A DNA stretch of 64,000 bases from Clostridia bacterium (GCA_017472255.1 JAFUQU010000001.1:5304-69303), one strand, 5' to 3'; shown: positions 54,272 to 63,361, counted from the first letter of the stretch. Notes: generated from the sequence alone by a model not told the origin. Made by a program: numbers and translations.

Positions 54272-55720
54272 TTACCAGCCGGTGTTGTTGATTTCATCAA
54301 TGGCGGCTTTCAATTCGGATTCGTAGGAAGCAAAAATCGATGCCACCGCGCTGTCGCCTCCCTTGATTTTGGTTTCCACAGCGGTGCGCAGGGCAGTGCC
54401 GATGTTGTAGGTGAGAACCAGATCGGGAATGGCGGATGTGATGACGATATCCAGCATTTCAATGGAATCGTCGTTGCGCAGACCCTTCTGCTCCAGCGTG
54501 ATCTCGCGGAAGGTGGGGAGTACATCCGTATAGCTCAGGTAAGTCAGCGCGTCGCCGATGACGGCGGTGCTCTCCGGGTCGGTGTTGGTTACGGGAATGG
54601 CGAAGCATGGCGTGCCGTAGAAGGGCGCGGAATAGTAATTTTCCTGGTCCTCGTCGTATTTCGGGAAGGGAACGACGCCGAAGCTGAATTCCTTATCGCG
54701 CATACGGGCAGTCTTGGAAATTTCGGCGGTGACGAACAGGGAACGCTGTACCTCGAAGTTATTCAGGTAGTTGCCGATCTGATCGTCGGAGCGACCGGCT
54801 ACGCCGATAGCTACGCGACCATCCTCCATGCCAATGCCCAGCGTGGATACCAGCTTTTCTATCACGCCATAGTATTTTTCATCGCCCACGTTCAGTGTCA
54901 GCTTGCCGTCCTCGGATTTGAGAATCAGCTCGTCGGACGCAATCATGAACTTGGACAGCCCGGTTCCGGACATACCGTAGATGGCGCTTCCCGTATCGCT
55001 CCATGCAAAGGAGGTGTCGCCGTTCAGGCGTGCGCCCGCCTTCAGATACTCGCCCAGCTTATCGATCGTCCATTTGCCCTGGCGCACCAGATCGTAGGGC
55101 TTCTCCAGCTTCAGATCCTCCATCATATCCTCGTTGAAAAAGATGGCGCACAGCGAATCCACCACCATCAGCTGGGAATAGCCCGCAGCGGCGTAGAGCT
55201 TGCCGCCGATGGAATTGGCTTTGTTGTAGCTTTGCAGCCACCATTCGCCGTCGAAGTTGAAGCCATCCACCTCCAGCAGGTTGTAGAGATAGCCGCCGCT
55301 GACGAATTTGTACAGGTCGCGGGTGGGGATGTACATGGTATCGTAAACATTGTCGCCCGCCATGATAAGCTGCATGGCGTAGGATGCCAGTTCGGAGTCC
55401 ACGCCCTTGGTGTCCTCCTTGACCACGATGTTCAGCTTTTCTTCCAACGTGCGGCAGCGTTCGTACATGGCGTCATCAAGGGATTCGCCGGTGATTTCCT
55501 CACGGTCAATTTCGGCGTGCATACTATAGATGTCGCCCGCGTTGAGGATGTTGAATTCCTCGCCTCCAAAGTTGCCGTTGAATTCATAAACAAATTCCTT
55601 CGGGGCTTCGGTTGTGGTATCCGTGGAAGCAGACGTGGTGTCGGTCGGCACATCGCTGCTGCCGCAGGAGGCGGTCATGAGCATGGAAAGCAGAAGCAGT
55701 AGGGTGATTGATCGTTTCAT
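54272..55720 (-). CDS. extracellular solute-binding lipoprotein (ABC family-1-like SBP), SBP1
   Basis: Lipobox LMTASC. 482 aa. Close paralog of SBP3 and SBP4. Confidence 0.8.
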   Translation of the reverse strand: MKRSITLLLLLSMLMTASCGSSDVPTDTTSASTDTTTEAPKEFVYEFNGNFGGEEFNILNAGDIYSMHAEIDREEITGESLDDAMYERCRTLEEKLNIVVKEDTKGVDSELASYAMQLIMAGDNVYDTMYIPTRDLYKFVSGGYLYNLLEVDGFNFDGEWWLQSYNKANSIGGKLYAAAGYSQLMVVDSLCAIFFNEDMMEDLKLEKPYDLVRQGKWTIDKLGEYLKAGARLNGDTSFAWSDTGSAIYGMSGTGLSKFMIASDELILKSEDGKLTLNVGDEKYYGVIEKLVSTLGIGMEDGRVAIGVAGRSDDQIGNYLNNFEVQRSLFVTAEISKTARMRDKEFSFGVVPFPKYDEDQENYYSAPFYGTPCFAIPVTNTDPESTAVIGDALTYLSYTDVLPTFREITLEQKGLRNDDSIEMLDIVITSAIPDLVLTYNIGTALRTAVETKIKGGDSAVASIFASYESELKAAIDEINNTGW

Positions 55721-55759
55721 GGATATTCTCCTTTTTTGTTATTTTGTCCTGCTGCTTAT

Positions 55760-55788
55760 AGTATACCATACGGCTGCCGGATTTTCAT
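55760..55788 (-). promoter_or_regulatory. SBP1 promoter (ATGAAA-N17-TGgTATACT)
   Basis: The same geometry and sequence are conserved upstream of SBP2 and SBP4. Confidence 0.5.
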
Positions 55789-55829
55789 TGCATATGTTGA
55801 CCATATTTTTTGTTCGATTGCTCTTTTCC

Positions 55830-55858
55830 TTGACATTCGCCCTGTGCGATGGTATAAT
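55830..55858 (+). promoter_or_regulatory. AraC1 promoter (TTGACA-N17-TGgTATAAT)
   Basis: Exact hexamers. The SD begins only 10 nt after the -10. Confidence 0.65.
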
Positions 55859-55872
55859 ATTGCCATAGGGAG

Positions 55873-56751
55873 GTGGACGCACTGTACATCAATTACCATT
55901 GGACCGAATCTGCGCAGGACGTCATTCTGACGATTACCCGGCAGTATTATGACAGTCATTTTCTCACCGACTGCTTTATCCCGCACGTACACAGCATGGT
56001 GGAGCTGCTGCTCGTCTGTGACGGACGGCTGGATGTCAGCCTGAACGACGACAGCACAATTCTTGAACCGGGGGACATTCTGATATGCAGCCCCTTCGAC
56101 AAGCATAGCGGGCGGCTGGCCGACGGAACGGACGAGGCGTATTATTACTGCATGATCTTTGACCTCGCCGCCTTTTTTGCGCACATTCTGCCGCCGGACG
56201 ATGCGGACAGGCTGCACGCGATTATCAGCGGCAGCGCGCGCTTTTGCAGCGTCATCCGGGCAGGGGAACCGGAGGCGGCTTTCATTCACAGGCAGATTCC
56301 CTATTTGCAGTGGCTTTCGAACCGGTACGGAAGCCGCTGCCGGGCACGGTTTCATGCGGCTGCCTTTTCGCTGGTGTGTGAGCTGCTGGAGGGCTGCTAT
56401 GAGGACGGCGGGGTTGCCCGCAACCGCAACTTCGATTTTATTCGCGATGTTCATGCTTATGTGTCCGCACACTACAGGGAACAGATGTCAACCGCGTCCA
56501 TATGCGAAGCGTTGTCTTACAGCAAAAGCTATTTCTGCCGACGGTTTCGGGAGAGCTTTGGCGCCAACTTTTCCGACTATCTCTGCCGCTGGCGGGTGGA
56601 ACGCGCTGCCGAACTGCGCGGTCAGCCGGGGCTGACGCTGACCGATATCGCCGCGCAGTGCGGATTTCCCGATTATGCGTGGTTCTCCCAATCCTTCCGC
56701 AAATACAAACAAACCACGCCCCGCCGCTATTTCAGCATGGTGGAACAATAG
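55873..56751 (+). CDS. cupin-AraC family transcriptional regulator, AraC1
   Basis: Cupin-like N-terminal half and C-terminal AraC HTH (YFCRRFRESFGANFSDYLCRWRVERAAEL...GFPDYAWFSQSFRKY). The start is ambiguous: GTG 55873 overlaps the SD, and CTG 55882 aligns with the ATG of AraC2. Confidence 0.8.
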   Translation: MDALYINYHWTESAQDVILTITRQYYDSHFLTDCFIPHVHSMVELLLVCDGRLDVSLNDDSTILEPGDILICSPFDKHSGRLADGTDEAYYYCMIFDLAAFFAHILPPDDADRLHAIISGSARFCSVIRAGEPEAAFIHRQIPYLQWLSNRYGSRCRARFHAAAFSLVCELLEGCYEDGGVARNRNFDFIRDVHAYVSAHYREQMSTASICEALSYSKSYFCRRFRESFGANFSDYLCRWRVERAAELRGQPGLTLTDIAAQCGFPDYAWFSQSFRKYKQTTPRRYFSMVEQ

Positions 56752-56754
56752 AAA

Positions 56755-56788
56755 ACAGGGGCTGTTGCACTTTAGTGCAACAGCCCCT
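56755..56788. terminator. terminator hairpin between convergent genes
   Basis: Perfect 15-bp stem CAGGGGCTGTTGCAC/GTGCAACAGCCCCTG with loop TTTA. Confidence 0.7.
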
Positions 56789-56802
56789 GCTTGGTTGTAA
56801 TA

Positions 56803-58266
56803 TCACGAATTCTTGTACGTTTCCAGCAATCCGGTCAGCTTCTCGTTGAGCGCGGACTCGTTCGATGCATACAGGGCGGCGAAGGATTCCGTTTCCTTAT
56901 GCTGCATTGCGTTGCGGGTGATGAACACCGGGTCGCCAACCACCGTAGAGTTGATGGTCGCGAAGTCGTACCACGCGCCCTCCACGATCAGGTCGAACAT
57001 CCGCGCCGAGTCGTCGTCGCGCAGATACTTGCCCTTAACCGTGGTGTCGTAGTAAGCGGGGGTGATCTTCTTGTAGGAATACTCGCCCATCAGCTCAAGG
57101 AACGCGCCCACCAGCGCCGTGTCCTTGCAGGTGACGGGAACCATGATCTGGGAGTAGTGGTCGCTGACCATGGAGTAATAGTCCTCCTGATCCTCGTCGT
57201 ACTTGGGCATGGGCAGGATGCCGTAATCGTCGGACATATCGCGGAGCTTTTCAGCGTAGCTGAAGGGACGGGCGTAGAAGATGCGCAGACCGTCGATGAA
57301 GTTCTGCTCGTTGTGCTCGTCGATGAACCAAACGCCCTTGCTGTGGGTGCGGGTGTAGAAATCCTCGATGATGCCGTCGTTTTTCTCAGTGTTGAAGACC
57401 CATTCATAGCCGCCGTCGGAGGTCGCCTGGGTGTATTTCAGGTCGGCGCCGGTGGAGTAAGGGTCGAAGGCGCCGTTGGCGTCCCAGCCGTAGAAGTCCA
57501 ATTCATCCTCCTTGGTGTCGCCGTTCAGGTCCAGGTAAACGTCCTTGACGCAGCTCCAGAATTTGTCAAGCGTCCACTTGCCTTCGTCCACCAGGGCGTA
57601 CAGATCTTCATCGATGTACTCCTCCGCCTTATTCTTGTTGAAGAACATGGCGGTACGGTAGGAAACCGTGGACAGGCAGATGTCGCCCGCCACCAGATAG
57701 AGCTTGTCGTAAACCTCGGCGGCGTCGATGAAGCGCTGGTGCCACCAGGGCTTGTCCAGGCTCAGGTTTTCCACGTCGTAGAGATTCATCAGGATGCCTT
57801 CGGTGGCCATGACCGGCGCGGCGTAGGCGTAATAGGAAATCACGTCGTAGGTGTCGTCGCCCGCCTGGACGGCCGAGCGAACCGCATTCATGAAGGTGTT
57901 GCGGTCGTTATAGTTGCCGGGCTGGGAGATAACCTCGATTTTGCAGTTCAGCGTTTCGGAAACGTAGGAGTTGCGATCGTAAATCAGATCGTTAATAATC
58001 TCGCCGTTCTGCTCGTCTGCCCAGAATTCCTCCCGGAAGTCCTCGTCCGAACGGGTCAGCACGGTGACGGTGTCACCCTTGAAGTCAAGATTGTCCGGCA
58101 GATTATTCTGCACGGCGTCGCGACCGGTCAGCTCTGCGGTATCGGCGGTGGTGTCACTGCCGCCGGAAGCGGTGGTATCGGAGGGAGTATCGCTGCTGCC
58201 GCAGGACGCGGTCATGAACATGGCGGCCAGCAGGAGCAGGGCGGTGATTCGTTTGGAATGCAGCAT
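56803..58266 (-). CDS. extracellular solute-binding lipoprotein, SBP2 (divergent paralog)
   Basis: Lipobox FMTASC. 487 aa. Confidence 0.8.
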   Translation of the reverse strand: MLHSKRITALLLLAAMFMTASCGSSDTPSDTTASGGSDTTADTAELTGRDAVQNNLPDNLDFKGDTVTVLTRSDEDFREEFWADEQNGEIINDLIYDRNSYVSETLNCKIEVISQPGNYNDRNTFMNAVRSAVQAGDDTYDVISYYAYAAPVMATEGILMNLYDVENLSLDKPWWHQRFIDAAEVYDKLYLVAGDICLSTVSYRTAMFFNKNKAEEYIDEDLYALVDEGKWTLDKFWSCVKDVYLDLNGDTKEDELDFYGWDANGAFDPYSTGADLKYTQATSDGGYEWVFNTEKNDGIIEDFYTRTHSKGVWFIDEHNEQNFIDGLRIFYARPFSYAEKLRDMSDDYGILPMPKYDEDQEDYYSMVSDHYSQIMVPVTCKDTALVGAFLELMGEYSYKKITPAYYDTTVKGKYLRDDDSARMFDLIVEGAWYDFATINSTVVGDPVFITRNAMQHKETESFAALYASNESALNEKLTGLLETYKNS

Positions 58267-58306
58267 ATAAAATCTCCTTTTTGAAAAATTTTGACTTGCT
58301 GTTATC

Positions 58307-58335
58307 AGTATACCATACTATATTGGATTTTTCAT
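58307..58335 (-). promoter_or_regulatory. SBP2 promoter (ATGAAA-N17-TGgTATACT)
   Basis: Conserved with the SBP1 and SBP4 promoters. Confidence 0.5.
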
Positions 58336-58377
58336 TGAATATATTGCCTTCGTTTTGAACAGGATTGACTTTTTGCC

Positions 58378-58406
58378 TTGACAGACCGCCCGCCGGATGG
58401 TATAAT
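58378..58406 (+). promoter_or_regulatory. AraC2 promoter (TTGACA-N17-TGgTATAAT)
   Basis: Exact hexamers. Confidence 0.65.
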
Positions 58407-58424
58407 GGAGAGGGAGGTGGCGCT

Positions 58425-59282
58425 ATGTTTATCAATCATGAGCTGAGGCTTCCGGTGGAACTTTCGCTTCAATATTATAATGACAATCTGCACAGAAAAT
58501 GCTTTTCGACACACGTTCAGAACAACATCGAGCTGCTGCTTATCCGGGAAGGCGGGCTGGAAGTCAGCCTGAACGACCGCGTTGTGTCGCTGGAAAAAGG
58601 GGATATCATCGTTTTCAATCCCTTTGACAAGCATTACGGCGCACTGCCCGAGGGGATGCATTTCGGCTGCTATTACTGCCTGACCTTCGCCCCGGGCTAT
58701 TTTCTCCACAGCCTGCCCTTCGGGGCGGCGGAACGCCTGAACGCGGTGATCGGCGGAAGCGCCCGCTTCGTGTCGGTGATTCCCGCCGGGGATGCGCAGG
58801 CTTCCGTCCTGCGGGAACAGTTCCCGCATATGCTGCGGCTCTCCCGGCAGTACGGCATTCTGTCCGAAACGCGCTGCATCGCACGCTGCTTTACGCTGCT
58901 TTGCGAGCTGCTGGGACGGTACTACACCAACGACATCGGTTCTGCCAACCGCAACTTTGCGTTCATCCGCCGGGTGATCGATTATGTGGCGGAGCATTAC
59001 CGGGAACCGCTGTCCACCGCGTCCATATGCGAGGTGCTGGCTTATGATAAAAGCTATTTCTGCCGCCGCTTCCGGGAGAGCTTCGGCACCACGTTCAGCG
59101 ACTACCTCTGCCGTTACCGTGTGGAGCGCGCCGCCGAACAGCGCGGCAAGCCGGGTTTATCGCTTACCGATATCGCCGGACAGGCGGGGTTCACGGATTA
59201 TGCCTATTTCTCCCGGTCGTTCCGCAAATACATGAACGTGCCGCCAAGGCAGTATTTCAGTGCGGGAAAATTGCAGCCATAA
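58425..59282 (+). CDS. cupin-AraC family transcriptional regulator, AraC2
   Basis: ATG 58425 lies 7 nt after GGAGG. AraC HTH YFCRRFRESFGTTFSDYLCRYRVERAAE...GFTDYAYFSRSFRKY. Confidence 0.85.
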   Translation: MFINHELRLPVELSLQYYNDNLHRKCFSTHVQNNIELLLIREGGLEVSLNDRVVSLEKGDIIVFNPFDKHYGALPEGMHFGCYYCLTFAPGYFLHSLPFGAAERLNAVIGGSARFVSVIPAGDAQASVLREQFPHMLRLSRQYGILSETRCIARCFTLLCELLGRYYTNDIGSANRNFAFIRRVIDYVAEHYREPLSTASICEVLAYDKSYFCRRFRESFGTTFSDYLCRYRVERAAEQRGKPGLSLTDIAGQAGFTDYAYFSRSFRKYMNVPPRQYFSAGKLQP

Positions 59283-59287
59283 AAACA

Positions 59288-59327
59288 AACATACCGAAGC
59301 GTCCCATAACCGCTTCGGTATGTTTTA
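59288..59327. terminator. bidirectional terminator
   Basis: 14-bp stem AACATACCGAAGCG/CGCTTCGGTATGTT flanked by A and T runs. Confidence 0.8.
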
Positions 59328-59356
59328 TTGAGATGAAAGAGCTTCTTTTACTTAGT

Positions 59357-60127
59357 TTAGTGCTTCTTGCGCAGGATAAGCGCGGCTGCTGCCGAGCAGG
59401 TCAGCGCGAGAATGGCGATGGCGCTGGCATCGGCGGTGGAGGGAGCTGCTGCGGGAGCGGCAGGCTCAAGGCTTGCCATGGTGCCGTCGAAGGTCTTGGC
59501 GTCCGCTTCAGTCTTGAAGAAAGCGAGGTAATCCACCGAGTAGGTGATGGCGCTGTCCTTCGGGAAGTCAATGCGGAAGGAACGGATTTTGTCCGTGTTG
59601 TAGGACGCGGAGGACTCGTTGTTGTCCTTGTATGCCAGCCAGCCAAGACCGTCAGCCTTGGTCAGGTCGATGATCAGCTCCTCCCAGTTTCCGGAGAGAT
59701 TGAGATCGAAGGTCATGCTCGTGCCGTTGCCGGGCATCCAGTAGGTGGCGGCAGGGGCAAAGCTGCTGGCGGCGGAGGTCTTGTAGCGAATCTTCATGTA
59801 GCGGTATTCGTTGGTGGAGAAATGCCAGTTCGCGTCGATGATGACGCCTTCCAGCATATTTTTGCCGTTATCCTTGGGAACGATTACCAGATTGCCGTCG
59901 GCGTAGGTCATGCTGCCCGCGCCCCATGTGTAAAGGCTGACGATGGCGTCGTCGGCAGCGGTGGTCTTGTAGGGATCCGCTGAACCTTCAACGATGGTGT
60001 CAAAGCTGAATACGACAGCCTTGTCGTTCTTTTCGCACGCCGCCGATACGCCCAGCGTCATCGCGGAGATGGCCAGTGCGCAGAGGAGAATGCACGCGAG
60101 CAATTTGCGGGAATGAATTCTTTTCAT
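59357..60127 (-). CDS. secreted protein with a CBM-like beta-sandwich region and a C-terminal hydrophobic anchor
   Basis: Signal peptide LLACILLCALAISAMTLGVSA. C-terminus PAAPAAAPSTADAS-AIAILALTCSAAAALIL-RKKH. No LPXTG. Confidence 0.6.
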   Translation of the reverse strand: MKRIHSRKLLACILLCALAISAMTLGVSAACEKNDKAVVFSFDTIVEGSADPYKTTAADDAIVSLYTWGAGSMTYADGNLVIVPKDNGKNMLEGVIIDANWHFSTNEYRYMKIRYKTSAASSFAPAATYWMPGNGTSMTFDLNLSGNWEELIIDLTKADGLGWLAYKDNNESSASYNTDKIRSFRIDFPKDSAITYSVDYLAFFKTEADAKTFDGTMASLEPAAPAAAPSTADASAIAILALTCSAAAALILRKKH

Positions 60128-60225
60128 AATGGATTCCTTTCATACAGTTAAATTTTATAGGCGGCAATCTCCGGATTTTTATGGGAAATCGTAAATCGCG
60201 CCTTATATGCAGGTTGAGGCTTCTG

Positions 60226-61668
60226 TCAGCCGTTGACTTTGTCAATGGCGGCTTTCATTTCGGATTCGTAGGAAGCGTAGATGGATGCTATGGAGCTGTC
60301 GCCCTCCGTGAGTTTGCTTTCAACGGCGGTGCGCAGCGTGTTGCCGATGTTGTAGGTGTAAACCAGATCGGGCACGCTGGACGTGATGATGATGTCCAGC
60401 ATCTCGATGGAATCGTCGTTGCGCAGACCCTTCTGCTCCAACGTCACTTTGCGGAAGATCGGCAGCACATCCCGCCAGCTTAAATAGGTCAGCGCGTCGG
60501 CGATGACGGCGGTGCGTTCCGGGTCAGCGTTGGTCATGGGTATCGTGAAGCAGGAGGTTGCATAAGAAGGCAGCGAATAGTAGCTTTCCTGATTCTCATC
60601 ATATTTGGGGAAAGGCGCTATGCCGTAGGAAAAATCCTTGTCGCGCATCCGCTCGGTTTTGGAAATGCCGGCGGTGACAAAGAGAGAGCGCTGGGTTTCG
60701 AAGATGTTCAGGTAGTTGCCCACCTCATCGTCGGATTTGCCGGAAACGCCGGTAAACTGCCGTCCGTCGCCGATGCCCATGCCCAGCACGGATACCAGCT
60801 TTTCCGCCGCGCCGTAGAATTTCTCGTCGCCCGACGTCAGCACCAGCTTGCCGTTCTGGAATTCGATAATCCGCTCGCCGAACGCACCCAGAAAACGGGG
60901 AACCTTGGTTCCGGTGATGCCGTAGATGCAGGAACCGTTATCGCTCCAGCTGAAGGAGGAGTCGCCGTTCAGCTGCGCGCCCGCCTTCACGTACTCGCCC
61001 AGCTTATCGACGGTCCATTTGCCTTCGCGCACCAGATCGTAGGGCGCGTCCAGCTTCAGGTTTTCCAGCATATCCTCGTTGAAGAACAGGCATCCCAGCG
61101 AATCCACCACCATCAGCTGGGAATAGCCCGCCGCGGCGTAGAGTTTGCCGCCGGTGGAATTGGCTTCGTTGTAGGCTTGCAGCCACCATTCGCCGTCCAG
61201 ATTCAGTCCGTCCACCTCCAGCAGGTTGTAGAGATAGCCCTCGCTGGTGAATTTATTCAGATCGCGGGCGGGGAGATACATGGTATCGTAGGAATCGTCG
61301 CCCGCCAGAACAATCTGCATGGCGTATTTGGCCAGCTCCTCGTCCACGCCCTTGGTTTCCTCGACAATGACGATGTTCAGCTTTTCTTCAAGCAGACGGC
61401 AGCGCTCGTACATGGCGTCGTCGAGAGGGTCGCCGGTGGCTTCCTCTCGGTTGATTTCGGCGTGCATACTGTAGATGTCGCCCGCGTTGAGGATGGTGAA
61501 CTCACTTCCGCCGTAGTCGCCGACGAACTCATAGTCGGATTGCTGTGCGACAGTTGTGGTATCGGTGGTGCCAGCGGTTGTGGTGTCGCTGGCGGGGGTG
61601 TCGTTGCCGCCGCAGGACGCGGTCAGGAGCATGGAAAACAGAAGCAAAAGTGTAATGTTACGTTTCAT
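60226..61668 (-). CDS. extracellular solute-binding lipoprotein, SBP3
   Basis: Lipobox LLTASC. 480 aa. Roughly 85% identical to SBP4 by eye. Confidence 0.8.
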   Translation of the reverse strand: MKRNITLLLLFSMLLTASCGGNDTPASDTTTAGTTDTTTVAQQSDYEFVGDYGGSEFTILNAGDIYSMHAEINREEATGDPLDDAMYERCRLLEEKLNIVIVEETKGVDEELAKYAMQIVLAGDDSYDTMYLPARDLNKFTSEGYLYNLLEVDGLNLDGEWWLQAYNEANSTGGKLYAAAGYSQLMVVDSLGCLFFNEDMLENLKLDAPYDLVREGKWTVDKLGEYVKAGAQLNGDSSFSWSDNGSCIYGITGTKVPRFLGAFGERIIEFQNGKLVLTSGDEKFYGAAEKLVSVLGMGIGDGRQFTGVSGKSDDEVGNYLNIFETQRSLFVTAGISKTERMRDKDFSYGIAPFPKYDENQESYYSLPSYATSCFTIPMTNADPERTAVIADALTYLSWRDVLPIFRKVTLEQKGLRNDDSIEMLDIIITSSVPDLVYTYNIGNTLRTAVESKLTEGDSSIASIYASYESEMKAAIDKVNG

Positions 61669-61811
61669 GATTTAGCCTCCTTATAGTGACAAAATTGTTC
61701 TCTTTTTCGATTTGTGTTTACTCTAATATTATAGCATGATGTCGGAGACAAAACAAGAATTGTTTTGCTCGAAATATGGCTGATTTTGATTTCCGTCAGC
61801 AGCTGATATGG

Positions 61812-63254
61812 TCATCCGTTGACCTTGTCAATGGCGGTCTTCATTTCGGATTCGTAGGAAGCGTAGATGGATGCCACCGAACTGTCGCCCTCCGTGAGTT
61901 TGCTTTCAACGGCGGTGCGCATGGTCGAACCGATGTTGTAGGTGTAAACCAGATCGGGCACGCTGGATTCGATGATAATATTCAGCATCTCAATGGAATC
62001 GTCGTTGCGCAGACCCTTCTGCTCCAACGTCACCTCGCGGAAGATCGGCAGCACATCCCGCCAGCTCAGATAAGTCAGCGCGTCGCCGATAACGGCGGTC
62101 TTTTCGGGGTCAGAGTTGGTCACGGGAATCGTGAAACAGGGCGTGCCGTAGAAGGGCAGCGAATAATAGCTCTCCTGATTCTCATCATACTTGGGGAAGG
62201 GAACGACGCCGAAGTTGAACTCTTTGTCGCGCATACGAGCGGTTTTGGAAATTTCGGCGGTGAGGAAAAGGGCGCGCTGGGTCTCAAAGATGTTCACGTA
62301 GTTGCCCACCTCATCGTCGGATTTGCCGGAAACGCCGTTAAACTGACGTCCATCGCCGATGCCCATGCCCAGCGTGGATACCAGCTTATCCAGTACGCCG
62401 TAGAACTTTTCATCGCCCGACGTCACCACCAGTTTGCCGTTCTGGGATTCGATAATCCGCTCGTCGGACGCAGCCAGAAAACGGAGTACGCTGGAGCCGC
62501 TCATACCGTAGATGCAGGAGCCGTTATCGTTCCATGTGTAGGTGGAGTCGCCGTTCAGCCGAGCGCCGGCCTTCAGGTATTCGCCCAGCTTATCGATGGT
62601 CCATTTGCCTTCGCGAACCAGATCGTAGGGCTTTTCCAGCTTCAGCTCCTCCATCATGTCCTCGTTGAAGAACAGGCTCCAGAGGGAATCCACCACCATC
62701 AGCTGGGAATAACCCGCCGCAGCATAAAGCTCGCCGCCGATGGAGTTGACGTCATTGTAGCTTTGCAGCCACCACTCGCCGTCGAAGTTGAAGCCGTCCA
62801 CCTCCAGCAGGTTGTAGAGATAGCCTTCGCTGGTGAACTTGTACAGGTCGCGGGCGGGAATGTACATCGTGTCGTAGGTATCCTCACCGGCCAGCACGAT
62901 CTTCATGGCGTAATTTGCCAGCTCCTCGTCCACGTGCTTGGTTTCCTCGACAATGACGATGTTCAGCTTTTCTTCAAGGTACCGGCAGCGCTCGTACATG
63001 GCGTCGTCGAGAGGATCGCCGGTGGCTTCCTCCCGGTTGATCTCGGCGTGCATACTGTAGACATCGCCCGCGTTGAGAATGTTAAACTCCTCGCCGCCGA
63101 AGTCGCCGTTGAATTCATAGACAAATTCCTGTGCGGCGGTGGTGGTATCGGTGGTGCCAGCGGTTGTGGTGTCATTACCAGGGGTGTCGCTGCCGCCGCA
63201 GGACGCGGTCAGGAGCATGGAAAACAGAAGCAAAAGTGTAATGTTACGTTTCAT
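61812..63254 (-). CDS. extracellular solute-binding lipoprotein, SBP4
   Basis: Lipobox LLTASC. 480 aa. The first 21 residues are identical to SBP3. Confidence 0.8.
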   Translation of the reverse strand: MKRNITLLLLFSMLLTASCGGSDTPGNDTTTAGTTDTTTAAQEFVYEFNGDFGGEEFNILNAGDVYSMHAEINREEATGDPLDDAMYERCRYLEEKLNIVIVEETKHVDEELANYAMKIVLAGEDTYDTMYIPARDLYKFTSEGYLYNLLEVDGFNFDGEWWLQSYNDVNSIGGELYAAAGYSQLMVVDSLWSLFFNEDMMEELKLEKPYDLVREGKWTIDKLGEYLKAGARLNGDSTYTWNDNGSCIYGMSGSSVLRFLAASDERIIESQNGKLVVTSGDEKFYGVLDKLVSTLGMGIGDGRQFNGVSGKSDDEVGNYVNIFETQRALFLTAEISKTARMRDKEFNFGVVPFPKYDENQESYYSLPFYGTPCFTIPVTNSDPEKTAVIGDALTYLSWRDVLPIFREVTLEQKGLRNDDSIEMLNIIIESSVPDLVYTYNIGSTMRTAVESKLTEGDSSVASIYASYESEMKTAIDKVNG

Positions 63255-63292
63255 GAGGTATCTCCTTTTTGTGATTTTGTCTTTGCATTAAC

Positions 63293-63321
63293 AGTATACC
63301 ACATAAAACCTGATTTTTCAT
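63293..63321 (-). promoter_or_regulatory. SBP4 promoter (ATGAAA-N17-TGgTATACT)
   Basis: Conserved with the SBP1 and SBP2 promoters. Confidence 0.5.
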
Positions 63322-63361
63322 TGAGAATATTGTTCTGATTTTTAGTCAGATTGCTTTTTAC

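Noticed and set aside
54263-55702. Plus-strand ORFs of 479-520 aa opposite each SBP gene (also 56791-58284, 60181-60483/61177-61686 and 61776-63338).
   Set aside because: The mirror ORFs are Val/Gly/Ala/His-rich with no start signals. The minus-strand products have lipoboxes and are mutually paralogous.
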